From contig CM074813.1 of assembly GCA_037447605.1 (NCBI GenBank), forward strand, positions 2,418,001 through 2,482,000: a stretch of 64,000 nt of DNA, written 5' to 3'. The stretch comes from Zygnema circumcarinatum SAG 698-1b (Eukaryota; Plantae; Zygnematophyceae). The notes under the pieces were generated by a model that saw only the letters and a list, made by a program, of their open reading frames with translations, was not told where the DNA came from and did no database searches. Both the position numbers and the translations under genes were made by a program. Of this stretch, positions 25,302-40,556 are shown in pieces (the stretch's first letter is position 1; every line of letters starts with the position of its first letter).

Positions 25302-26748
25302 GGATCGTCAGCAGCAGGGTTCTCCTCGCACACCCTATCAAAAATGTTAGGGGTAGTTAGGGTTCCAGCCTTCATGCATTATGAAGCAGCTAGCAGCCAT
25401 GGCTGCGGGCCATTCAAGCTTCTTCCCCCCTCCCTTCCAGGCGGAGGAAGCCTCGAGAGGAGAGGAGGGCGGGCGGGGCAGCCAAGCGGGCAGAGCTGCA
25501 ACCGACGCACGTGCGAGCGCAAGGGGGCGGAGAGAGGACGTCTGCTCCCTGTTCCGTGGAGCGTTCCGATCGCATTCCATGCTAAAGATGAAACTATAAC
25601 GCCACTCGAGTTTCATATACTGTACTGTAAAGTTTATACTGGTACTGTACTGAACTGTAGATGATACAGTACAGGTGTCCGTACAGGAAAAATAAAAACT
25701 GGAAAACTGAACCCGGCGGCCGAAAACCCCTGAACTGCGGCGTTTCAAGCGTTAGCCCCCACAGAACTGTGATGAAGCGGCAAAGGACATGGAACGCCGT
25801 CAGGGTTCGAATCGACAGCACTTTGGATTTAGGGTTAGAATTTTGAAGAGCGGTGAGAGCAGGGGGAAGGTACAAGTAATGGTCAAATTTTCTCGCTTTA
25901 AACAAACCAACGTAAAGTGAAGTGAAGCTATACGGATCAATACTCCTTCAAACCGTCGAGCCTTTTCCGTGAAGATCATAAAGCTGCATGTGATCTCCTT
26001 CCTCGAGCAGATTTTCCAATCAATGTACTGTCGATTACTTGAATTTCTATTTGATTCCAGTGTGAAACCTATGGCAGCACTCACCTCTGCTGCACAGTAG
26101 TACTCTGCCATGCACGACCATGCCCCAAACCATCACACTCACACAAAAAGGCCACATCGCTTCTGGAAAGCACGCAAGGAACCGCAGATTGTTTCGACAC
26201 AACAACATGGCAAAGATGCAGCTTGTGCTCATCCCGCGGAGAACAAACGAGTTCACACTGTCTTGCTGCTCAGGATGGAGGTCTTTTCTCTCCTGCAATC
26301 TGGCTGTGCTCCATCTAAACCACTGTTCTTCCTTAGAGTAGACTGTTTCCTTAGACTACCCCATGCCTCTCCGCATATCTACAATGCTGCCCTGTAGCCT
26401 GCAAGACTATGCAACCCTAAAAGAACAAGCCTTCAACCGAGCAGCTTTCAGAGCACGACGCCCTTTCCATGTGACAATTCTACAACACAGTGTGAGCTCC
26501 TTTGTCCCATTGACTGACATTACTCCTTCCTATCTATGGCTTCCTCAAGGTCCCAATCGTCCTAAGTGTACAAACTCAAATCACCTTCCTGCACACCCGC
26601 TTCATGCTTCTGCTTGTCCGTCACATTCTTCATCTTATGCTTAGTTTATTATTTCACATAACGTACATCCCAGATCCCTACATCTAAATGCGTCGCACTC
26701 GACCTCCTACTCGACACTCCATTTCCGAACAAAAGAAAAAGGGGAAAA

Positions 26749-28763
26749 TCACGGCCAATTGTCTGGCAAATTCGCTCGCAGTTTTATCTGTTTCATCACC
26801 CCTCGCGCGTTCTCCTTCATCATCTCCTGCACCACTATGTTTCCGCTTGTGAACTCCGGCAAGGACCTGTTTGATCTCCGAAACATATGCGGTTCAGGGA
26901 AACTCGGACTATGCGGAGTAGAGGGCCCGCTCGAGCACAAAGAGATAGGCGAAATCGGAGAAATCTGCGAAGTACTCCCCGTTTCCGGGCTCGAAGAAAC
27001 CATCACAATGGGCGCAGATCCCGGCTTCTCCAGACACTTGAGCAACTGCTTCACTCGGGCATGCAGGCGGGCGGATGCCCCCGCATTCAGCTCAAGCAGA
27101 ATGGGCACGCTGCCAAGCTCGAACGCCATATGGCAAAACTTCTTCGACTGCATACAGCCTGCAAGAAGCGCCGAAACCGCCACCTCCTTCCCTCTCTCCG
27201 ACCCTCTCCGAATCTCTGCCAAGAGAGCAGGAACTGCTGCCGGAGCCTCTGCTAAGGCGGCTCTCCCATCCTCTACCGCTGTGAGAGTATAGATCACAGC
27301 CACTGCCTTCTCTCCCGCGCGGCTGTCCGGAAAGTCCTGTACCACTCCAAGAAGCCCCGGAATGGGCTCTGCCAAAAGCACCCTTGTGCGGTTACCTTCG
27401 CAGCCGACCAAATTGTACAGCGCATGGGCGGCGTCACAGCGGCCCTGGTCACTGCCACGTGTCAGCAGGCGAGTGATCAGTGGAATCCCGCCCGCCTCCC
27501 CGATCGCCGCGTGGTGCTCCTCCCCCGCCGCGAGTGTCAGGATTGCGGCCACCGCGGCCTCCTGCAGCGACGAAACTTCGCTCCGCAGAAGCTTCACCAA
27601 GCTCTCTATGGCGCCGCCCTTCACAATTCTCGCCTTGTTCCTGCAAACACACTTCCTTGAAACGTTAACATTGCAGACAATGCACATTCAGCGCACCAAA
27701 AGAAGCACACATACACACAAGCAGACACAGAAACTCCAACCGTAACCCTAATCCTGAGGCTCCGCGGCACCGACCTGGTGTTACCGACGGCCAAATTACA
27801 GAGCGCGAACGTTGCGTTTTCAACGACATCAATATCCCCTCCTCCCTCTATGAGCTCCAAGAGGGGCCCGATAGCGCCCGCCTCTGCGAGACCGAGTCGC
27901 GCTTCCCACGAAGTTCTTGTCACAGTCCGTACAATGCGAGTCCCCTTTCGCTGCCTCTCAAGGGAGTCGCCCAAAAGCCACCCGACAAGCTCTTCATAGT
28001 CTATGGCGGCAAGCTCCCCATAGGGCGACACCTGTTCCGCCATGGCCGGGGCCTCGAAGTTCAGTATGGGCTCCACGCCCTTCGGCAACTCCAAGCTCGT
28101 GCGGGACACCTGGCGGCCCGACGATGCGCCATTTGGCAGCAAGAGAGGGCCCGAGATGGGCACGCGCTCCTCTCCCTCAGAGGGGGCGGCCGCCAACTCC
28201 TTTCCAGCATTTTGGAGAGGAGTGAAGTTCGTTAGGGAGCGGCTCAGCACGGGCTTCGCAGCATCCGCCATGGCCTCCTGATCCTCCGCAAGACCCGAGC
28301 GCTCGGCAGCATCAGATCCGTCGTTTCCCCGGTCCGGTCCGCCATGGCCGGCTGCAGCCAAGGCGGCTTTGGAGGACTTGTGTCGGGAGAGCTTGGGGTT
28401 CTCCTTGGAGGAGTTCCTGCTGCTCCGAGCCACGGCGGAGCTCTCCTTGCGCCACTTGGCCCACAGCCGAGTGGCCCATCCCTTGCCCCCTTCATCCTCA
28501 TCGACTCTGTTCCTGCGCACCACCTCGAGAGGCTGCTGCTCCCTCTCCAGCCATGGCGCCCCTCCCTCTGCCGCCCTCCTGTCGGGAGACGTAGGGGTCG
28601 TCTGCGCCCTCCGCCTGCCGCGCCACCCAACTCCTCTGCCTGCCGGCTGCTCCGTCGGGGAGAAACCCGCGCCGTCGAGTACGGAGCGAGGGCTCGCCTC
28701 GGTGGAGGGCGGAGAGACAGGCTCTACCAGCTGCTTCACGAAGAAAGCACGGTGCCGCGCCAT
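26749..28763 (-). CDS. Armadillo-repeat protein (PUB-type ARM region, no U-box) with a long disordered N-terminus; exons 28763-27775 and 27640-26749
   Basis: ARM repeats LAEAGAIGPLLELI..ENATFALCNLA..NKARIVKGGAIESLVKLL..IGEAGGIPLITRLLTRGSDQGRCDAAHALYNL. A single GT-AG intron joins the two long ORFs in frame. Start codon uncertain. Confidence 0.85.
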
Positions 28764-30218
28764 GGCAGGTGGGGTCGCTAGAACCCTAAACCTCCCGGAC
28801 GCCACCCTGCCTGTACGGCCCCTCCCTCCCCTCTCCCTCCTGCTCCTGCCGCTCCGTCAGGCCCTTCTTCTCCGCCGGAGAGCCTCCCATGGCCGCTGTT
28901 GCCTCGCCCTCCAGCGGCCGCCCCTCGGGGAGAAGGTGCCGCCCGCCGCCCGGGGCGGGGCGGGGCGGCGAGCAGCTGGCGCCACCGCGGATGGCGGACA
29001 CGTGACGGCCGCTGGTAGGTCAGTTTGAACTTTGAGCAATGGGAGCCGTCGATTTATTCATGGCTGTGTGAGAGGCCGATCTGGACGGCTGGACGGAGCC
29101 GGGCGGCGGATTGGCGGGCGGACAGGCCACGTGGCGGATTGCGCAAGGGGGAAGGGAAATCTCCCGGCGGGCGGGAGCCTGCGCCCCATGCGACAAAACA
29201 GATGGGACGGATCCCGAGAAGGACTGTACGGCTCCATTCGGCGAGAACGATGAAGTACAAACAAGTCCTTAGGGGCGATTCGACCGCCGCCGACTGGCCC
29301 CGCTGGCGGATTCCCAATGGCTGGGACGTAGTTGATCCAGCGATGTGCTGGTAGATCCGGTCGTGGACTCTGTCGGTGGAGGCGAACACGTGGCAGTATA
29401 TTAAGCGGTCAGCAGGCAGGTGTGTCCTCTTGCGCCGTACATTACGTATGTCGGTATTGGCGAGCGTCGTTACGGTTATGTACAAAGGACAAGCAGTTGG
29501 GCGGCCCAATGATGGGGATCGTTCGTCGGGTAGCGGCCACTTGGGCTCCCCGTGACAATCATTAAAAACGCCAGATTAATTCGTACACCTTAACTAGAAG
29601 ACAAAATATGGCGTACACTTGTACTGTAGACGACAAGTGCTGGACTTGCCGGCCGGGCTTTATCGATGGGGTTCGAGGCGAAAAATACAAACGTGGCCGT
29701 ACAAATTAGTGTACGAAAATTGAGATTCCTGGCGGGAAACGAAAGCCGTCGTGGTGCCAGGTGGCGCATAAAGACCGAGTGGGCCCACGAGCCCCAGAAC
29801 CCGCCAATGGCGTGCAGGCTGCGCGCGCGAGATTGGTTCGGATGACGTCATCTAATGGCGGCAAGGGCGCATGTGCGGGGACCTGCTGTCAGACCGTACG
29901 GTACGTCCTAACAGCATTTATGTACGGTCCCAAAAAACGGACGCGCTAAAGGGTTCAACGAAACGTGGCGTCAAGCGAAGACCCTAAAAACCCTGAAGCA
30001 TATGACGTCAGCAAGCGCGGCACCTTCCTGGCACTCGCCCGGCAATTGATGGCGCGCTGGGCGGCGGACGGGTGCCAGCGGTGGCTCCCACGTGACGTGA
30101 CAGCTCCGGCGAGGTCGACCGAGCGCGAAGGGCCGCCGTTACAAGCAGCCGCCGCGGCTCGCCGAGCAAGTCGTCCAAGAATTTACAGACTGACTGACTG
30201 ACTGTTGCCAGGATCATT

Positions 30219-30378
30219 AGGGGGTGTCAGACTTAACAAAATCTTACGAAAAGCGTTACGAAAAAAAAAGGTTACGAAAGTACTCCGCCGCAGGAGAATC
30301 GCGATTATACTGGAGTACTCGTTCTGATGTCAAACTTACGAACACGCGTACTGAAATTTTTTAAGTCTGACACCCCCT
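30219..30378. mobile_element. 160-bp MITE with perfect TIR AGGGGGTGTCAGACTTAA
   Basis: 30219-30236 is the exact reverse complement of 30361-30378. ATT lies on both flanks (30216-30218 and 30379-30381); the ends can alternatively be read as a TA TSD. Confidence 0.85.
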
Positions 30379-31992
30379 ATTGGGCAAGATTTATTTACTT
30401 ATTTGTTCGTCATCTGCCCGCGAGTGGGGCTCCCAGGAAGCGTTGAGAGGGAGGAACTGCACTGACAAGGCTGACCAACTGGAAAGTGGTTGGTGGGCCG
30501 TACGGTTCGGCCGTACGCCTTGCAGGGTTTTTAGGGTTCGTCAGATTTGTGCTCCGTTCGTGTGTTAACTAGCAAGAATACAAAAGCCCTCGTTCAAGGG
30601 TGCGGCCGTATGGTCCAACTTTCTTCAACTTTTGCTGACGTGGTTCAACTTTGCTGATGTAATTATGTGAAATCTACATTACGATAGACCCAACACGTGT
30701 CACACCACAACTCGCCAACGTCACGAGCAATCCATACATTTTTCGCTCACCCTCAACACCACCACACCATTCGTTGTTAAATGTTTCTCGAGCTGCCACG
30801 TGGACGCCACGTGGCGCGTTCTCGTTGGTGCAGGTGCACGAAGCGGCTCCCCTCCGCCTTTCATCCGCCTTCCAAGTTCCAACCGGCTCGCACGTGCGGA
30901 CGGCGGCAGTTGAGCAGTTGCAGCTGCCGGTCGTGCAGGACGGTCGGAGGTTGCAAAACTCCTCGGTCGCGGTTTGCACCGCAGAGCGGCACCCGGCGGG
31001 CGACAGGCAGTGGAACCACGAGGACGGCGCGCCCTCACTGACCCGCCTACTCGAGGTTGGCTCAAGCGCAGCCGTACCGATAATATCGGTGGTGACGTAC
31101 TGTACCGAGCATATCGGTCGTCCAACGACGTCGCTTCCGCAATGCGGCGAGCGTGATTGGCTCGTTGATCTCTGCAGAAATCTGCGAGCAAAAAAAAAAT
31201 ATCTTCGGCAATCCGTCCATCTGTCCACGCTTTGCTTTCCGAGAGGGCCGAAATTCGTCGAAGGAATCTACGGCGATGCCGTACGGTACCCAAAACGGAT
31301 CCATTCCCGACCCCACGACCGTCGGATCGTCATCGGACGGCCCTCTGGCCATCCCTCTCCGAACCAAGAACCGAAAAAGCCGGCCGGAGAAGTCAGCGAA
31401 TTACATTCCGTTGACCGTACGGTAACGCTACGGTGGTTTCGTACGGTACTTGGCGGCGGCAAGCCGCCAACCGATTGAATGTACGGAACTCGCATCCGTA
31501 CAGAGGACTTCGTTCTCCGGTTCCCGCGCGCTCGTACCACCCAGGTCCAACGACAGCGTTTCCATGTGGCAGTTCGTCAAGACTATGTTTGTCGTATCGA
31601 GGACCCATTCTTTGTCGTGTGGCGGCGGTCGTTACAGTACTGTACGTTGTCGCGACCTCACGCGCTTTGTGACGCCACGTGTCGACGCGTTACTGCGCCA
31701 TGACTCGCTGGCGGTTGGACCGCCGGCGGTTTGTCAAGTGCGAATCCGCCCGGCGGTTGGCTGATGCTGACCGGCAGGTGTGGTCGGCGGGGCAGGGCGA
31801 CCTTGCTGCGCAACGTGGCGGATAAGCCGTGGGAGGCCGACCTTTATGCTTAACCCTAATTTCAAGTCCAGAACTCGTGACGTGACGGCTCGTGACGTGC
31901 ATTGTTGTGCAAGTCGCCATGGCGTCCAAAGTTGGTCTTCACAACAACAACATGCGCATGCGGACGAGCCTGGAACAATGCCAGGAATACTG

Positions 31993-32171
31993 CGCAGGTC
32001 GTGCCATTGGACCAACCACTATTGGAACGGTTGCCAACCATTGATTCGCGACCCAGCCAACCATTGCCAATGGTTCCAGCCATTGAATTCGATTGTTGCC
32101 AACCATTGGACGACGAACCATTGCCATCCAATGGTTGTTCAATGGTTGCCGATGCAATAGTCCGACTTGTG
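31993..32171. mobile_element. Short copy of the CACA-terminus/CAACCATTG foldback element family
   Basis: Left end CGCAGGTCGTGCCATTG, right end CAATAGTCCGACTTGTG, interior built from CAACCATTG/CAATGGTTG units. Matches the 56753-57343 element in reverse orientation. Confidence 0.75.
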
Positions 32172-33182
32172 GAAGGATGTTTAGCTCTAGGGAGTGGGGA
32201 CTTTGTTTTGGTAAAATGCTACGCTAGTAGATGATTAGATGCAGCGCAACCACGATGGGACATCGAAAGGAGTAACAGGTGAAAGATTCGAAATATACAT
32301 GTCTCGACCATGGTGACTTTGGCTGTTGATTTTCTACCTCGAACTCGTTGCTTGCCAAGTAAACAGTTGATAATGACCTGATTGGACCTTTGGGATCGAC
32401 TGTCTGGAAGGTGGGCGAGAGAGAGCTGGAATTCACACAGAGTACCAAATGTTGAAAGAAAACCAGAACAGAAAACGTAAGATTCCAAATGCTCGACTCA
32501 AAAGAATGCCGAGTTCCAATTTCTCAGCTTCAAGTCAATCATTCCTTCTTGTGTATGAACTCGAGACTCTAAGGGAAAGAGGGGGAGGGGACTCAGACTG
32601 TGCTCGCCGTGTAGCCTCGCTTGAGTAGCAATCCCCAGTCATCAATGAGTTGAAGCTCACATAATCAAAAGTAAAAAGAGAAAGTAGCACACACTAACCC
32701 ATTGGTTCATGCTGAGCATTCACACATAGAGAATATTTATAGAAAAAAGCTACCACCAGAGAAGAAACTCTCTCTCGAATCATGTACTAACCGCTGAAGA
32801 AGGGATATTTTATTGGCAATGCTCGTATTTATGCTCTCAGAGGAACTACGTAAGTAGAGAGCCCTACCTAAGGTTTCCCAAAGCAGCAAAAACTGAATAC
32901 TGGTTTGCCACCTTAGCCAACAAATGCCCGCCCCCACCCCCCCCCCCCCCTCCTCCCCCTCCCCACCCCACCCTTCCAAAAAATAGGATCCATTCGATCT
33001 CGCCAAGAACCTCTCCTGCAAACTGATATTGCACTGGCCTATTAGACAAATTTGAGATAAAAGTGCTTCATTGAAAAAAACTTTCAATCATCATAACAGT
33101 ACGACGCACTGCAACATCCTATTCATTCTATAGTCCGCAAGTCTTCACATTCTTTCTTCTCACAGCCGCAATTGAAACCATA

Positions 33183-34967
33183 TCATTCCGTCTTCTTCTT
33201 CTTCTGTTTCTCCGAAGACAATCCATTCGCCGCAATCTTCAAAATGATGCACAGCAGAATATAAAGCACAATCGCCATCCCGGCATAAGCTGCATACACG
33301 TCTACGTTATAGCGCTCCACAAAAGCCATGTCGTTATTTGGCATAATCCAATGGCTGCTGCTGCCTGTCTCCAGCAAGTAAGCTACCACTTCAGCCCCCT
33401 TCCGAACCCCCCCTTGGAGCCGCATCAACTTTCCGAGCTGCTTTGCTTTCAGAGCGTATGTGCTCTCCGTCTTACTCCCAACTTCAGACCCTCCATTAAC
33501 AAGTTTCACACCTCCACTATTTCCGGCTAACTTGTTTAGAGCCTCTGTGACAATTTCAGGCGTTAAATTGTCCACGTCAAGACTGACTCCTGCACCGGAA
33601 TCTCGCAATCTTGCAGCAAGCTCAGGTTGGTCAGCCATTACAGGAATGCAGACCATTGGTTTACCAAAGTAAATAGCTTCATGAGTTCCACCAAATCCGC
33701 AATGCCCAACGAACACTTGCACTGTACGGTGAGCCAAAACTGCCCTCTGGGGCAGCCACAGCTCCAACCTCAGATTTTTGTGCGGCGTCGCTGTAAAGCC
33801 CTCTGGCAAAAACTCGCGATTATCAGCACGAAGGGACCATAGAATCGGCCTTTGCGAAGCTTCTAAACCGTTAAGAAGCGCAGTACCCTGCTTGACCGAT
33901 AGCCTGGCATGGCTTCCCATGCTCACAACTGTTACAGTTTGATTTGGCCACTGCTCAAGCCACGCATGGAGTTCCACATTCTTTTCTAGAGGAGACGGAC
34001 CGGGGACTTCTCTCCCGGGAGGGGGGTATATGAAAGGCCCTGTGTAAATAACCATGGGGGGAGTGGGAATAGCATAGTCAAAGCCTACCACTGTGTTCAC
34101 GAGCTTAGGCCGAAGCATGCCTGGCTCGGGATATTCTGTCACAGTCATATTACATTTGCATTTTTTCTGCAGCTTTGTGGTGGCGAGTCTGTACGCAAAA
34201 TGATGCGCCCAATAGTGCCCATCAAGCGCGTACCACATAACACTAAAGAGCCGATCTCGGAAGGTCATCTCCTTCAAACCTCTAGGTGCAGAATGAATGG
34301 GGTAATAGAATGGCGGCGGAGGCATGGGGTCCCACACAAGCTGCGGAGAGTTGTACAACAGCGGGATGCCATACTTCTGCGCAATGTACTCCCCTGTCTG
34401 AACGGATGTGAAGTGGTTTGCTAAGACAATGTCCGGCCTCAAATTAAAGGGCTGCCCTGTATGATCCTTTCCTGCAACACCCTCATCCTGAATCATGCCC
34501 TCCTGCAGCATGGACCACAACATGAGCGCGTCGTTGCTGTAAAACTCCGAGCGAGCCCGCACCATCATCGTGAAGGTGCTCACAGTGCGCGTGCTCCACC
34601 GCGCCGTGTTGCGCTTGCTCACCTCCGACTCGCTCTCCGGAGCCCCTCCCGTGGGGAGATAGACGAGTCCGGTTCCTTCAATGATGCGGCCCGGCATCTT
34701 GGGGCTCACGTAGGGCGCAGCAAGATAAACACTATAGCCTCTGTCCAGAAGCTCCTGCCCGAGGGAGATCGTCGGAAAGAGGTGGCCAGAGAGGGACGCA
34801 CAGACGAGTAGCACATTCCCACTGGCGCTGCCGCTTCCAATTTCAGCATCTCCGTTCACAGTGGAGCAGAGAGCAGAAGGGAGGAACAGCTGGCAGAGAA
34901 GGAGGAGGAGAAAAGCAGCGCAGGGAATTCCCTGCAGCCGCGTGCAGCTCCCCGCCGCCATGGCCAT
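33183..34967 (-). CDS. Intronless UDP-glycosyltransferase (GT1) with signal peptide, C-terminal TM helix and di-lysine tail; 594 aa from the first ATG (ORF open up to a GTG at 35063)
   Basis: N-terminal SLSGHLFP (catalytic His), UGT signature WLPQRAVLAHRTVQVFVGHCGFGGTHEAIYFGKPMVCIPVMADQ, hydrophobic leader AAFLLLLLCQLFLPSALCS, TM AAYAGMAIVLYILLCIIL, tail KQKKKKTE. Confidence 0.92.
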   Translation of the reverse strand: MAMAAGSCTRLQGIPCAAFLLLLLCQLFLPSALCSTVNGDAEIGSGSASGNVLLVCASLSGHLFPTISLGQELLDRGYSVYLAAPYVSPKMPGRIIEGTGLVYLPTGGAPESESEVSKRNTARWSTRTVSTFTMMVRARSEFYSNDALMLWSMLQEGMIQDEGVAGKDHTGQPFNLRPDIVLANHFTSVQTGEYIAQKYGIPLLYNSPQLVWDPMPPPPFYYPIHSAPRGLKEMTFRDRLFSVMWYALDGHYWAHHFAYRLATTKLQKKCKCNMTVTEYPEPGMLRPKLVNTVVGFDYAIPTPPMVIYTGPFIYPPPGREVPGPSPLEKNVELHAWLEQWPNQTVTVVSMGSHARLSVKQGTALLNGLEASQRPILWSLRADNREFLPEGFTATPHKNLRLELWLPQRAVLAHRTVQVFVGHCGFGGTHEAIYFGKPMVCIPVMADQPELAARLRDSGAGVSLDVDNLTPEIVTEALNKLAGNSGGVKLVNGGSEVGSKTESTYALKAKQLGKLMRLQGGVRKGAEVVAYLLETGSSSHWIMPNNDMAFVERYNVDVYAAYAGMAIVLYILLCIILKIAANGLSSEKQKKKKTE

Positions 34968-35292
34968 GGAGCCGCCCTCTGTGAGTGGCACGCAGCGCAG
35001 CCCCTGCAGGACGCTCCGCTTGCCCCCGCCATGGCTGCTGCTCGGGGAGGAGGACACGCCCACGTGGCGCCCTGTCCGCAGCCCGCACTCGCCCGTCCTC
35101 CTAGCGGCGCCAGGAGGCGGTCAGGGTCTGAGGGCGACGGACGCGCGCCCGCCCGTCGAGCGCCGTCCGATCGACCGCTCGTGAAATCCTGGCCGTTCAC
35201 CGCACGTGTGGTAGGAAATGCGCCGCTTTAGCACCCTATGGAAGTTGCCATGATCGAGTCCTGGGGTTGACTTTTTCCGAGTTGATAGAGAA

Positions 35293-35400
35293 GTGGAGGG
35301 GAGGGGAGGGGAGAGGAGGGGAGGGGAGGGGAGGGGAGGGAAGGGGGGTAAAGGGAGAGGGAGAGGGGGGGGAGGGGGGGGAAGAGGTCGGAAGGGGAGG
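35293..35400. repeat. (GGGGA)n purine-rich tract upstream of the UGT
   Basis: Tandem GGGGA units and G runs. Confidence 0.85.
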
Positions 35401-36271
35401 CAGAAAACTGAACTGCATTTCGCCGTTGCAGCTTTGGGGCTCTTGGGATCGGACCCGAAGCAATGCAGCAAAGGAAAAGAAGGGCAACGGGTTTCTACTA
35501 ATACTTCTCAAGCCCTTTGTTGAAAACAACACATCTACCCTTTATAATCGTTGAAGCTTACAGAAGACCTTTTCAAGAATTCGTTCAATGAATGAAAAAG
35601 TTGGAAGGAGAGCGGCTCACTCCTATTCGTAAGATCCAGTGAAAAAAGCGAACGATATGAAAAAAAATAAATAAACGTTCCTTGGAGATCACGGCCCCCG
35701 GAGGAAGGGAAGCCCTCCTCTCCTCCTCCGCCGATCCTCACCATTTTTTATCGACAGCGCATTTCCGTCGCCCTTCAGCGCTGCCTCGCTTCTACGCTCC
35801 TTTACTCCAGCGAAAGAAGAGCAAACCCAGTTAAATACAAAAGCCTTAAAGAGCAGGCCTGTTATGACCATCCACTGCCTTGGAAATTGCTTTGGTACAA
35901 TAAGAAAATTTAAAAGCGTGCAGCCGCGGTTGGTTGCTGGTGGCCTTGCAAGCTGGTGTTTCGACCTTAGCGGCTGCTTCTAGGGAGGGCTGCGCTGTTG
36001 CGCTTAGGCGTAGAGCTTTCCGCTCCTCGCTTTTTTCTTTTGTGCATAGGTCCTTTGTGACCAGTTCCTCGTGGTTCCCCATGCTGCTTTTGTCCATGTA
36101 CATTTGATGGCATCATCGCCATCGTGAGACCAATGCCACATCTCTTCCTAATAGAAGTAGAAATAAAGGTAAGAAATTAAGTTCACCATTCACCAATCAC
36201 ATGTCCGTCCAATACATCCTCAGGCATACCGTACGGTGGGTTCGTTCATGACTTCTAAAATCCGTCGACAT

Positions 36272-36444
36272 TTTTCGCCCATAGTGCGACATATCCTCCA
36301 TAGTGCGACTTGTAGCTGCCGTGCGACGCGCATGTGACGCGAGGCAAAAAAGGGAGGCGTTTTTGCGTCATAGTGCGACGCAAAACCCAATAGTGCGACG
36401 TGCATGCTCCGTGCGACTTGCATCCATGTCGCACTAGGGAGAAA
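36272..36444. repeat. Small IR-bounded element with repeated TAGTGCGAC motif (possible MITE)
   Basis: TAGTGCGAC at about 36282, 36301, 36370 and 36391; GTGCGAC at about 36321 and 36411; inverted ATGTCGCACTAGGG at 36426-36439. Confidence 0.55.
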
Positions 36445-36951
36445 GGAAATAGTCTAGCCTTACTTTCCTCGCTTTTAAAATAGGCTGGCCTAAATCAATG
36501 CCAATTCACCTCCTTGGTGGGTTGGCCTAGACTCCATCCTAACCCTAATCCTAGCCCTAATGTTAGTCTGGCCCCAATGACCATCCTCCACTACTAACAA
36601 CACAGGTAACCACGCCACTTTGAGCGCTTCACACTCAGTCTGGAGCAGACTAAAAGCTGATGGCCATAACGGTAAATGTGGGCAAGTCGTGGCCAACATC
36701 TGCCAAGTGACTAACACACATGACTAGAAATTCCCTTTGGTAACTAAACATGGCTAACAAGTAGAATTTTCCAGCACGTCCAGCCACCGCTTAGAAAGCT
36801 ACATGTTCAAATCGCGTCAAGATCCGACGGAACAGTTTTCATGGAGCAGCGTAAACAGTAACTGTTGGGCGTTCGCTGTTGAGCAGGGACGGAGAGGACA
36901 AGGCCTTGAAAGGAGACGCCAAAAGGGGGAGGGAGCGGAGCGTAGGAAGCC

Positions 36952-40556
<3,605 letters not shown>

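Noticed and set aside
27778-29028. Plus-strand ORFs opposite the ARM gene
   Set aside because: Antisense shadows of GC-rich coding sequence.
30674-31764. Overlapping long ORFs including the 234-aa 30774-31478
   Set aside because: Open in several frames on both strands in GC-rich DNA, no recognisable domain or splice pattern; probably non-coding.
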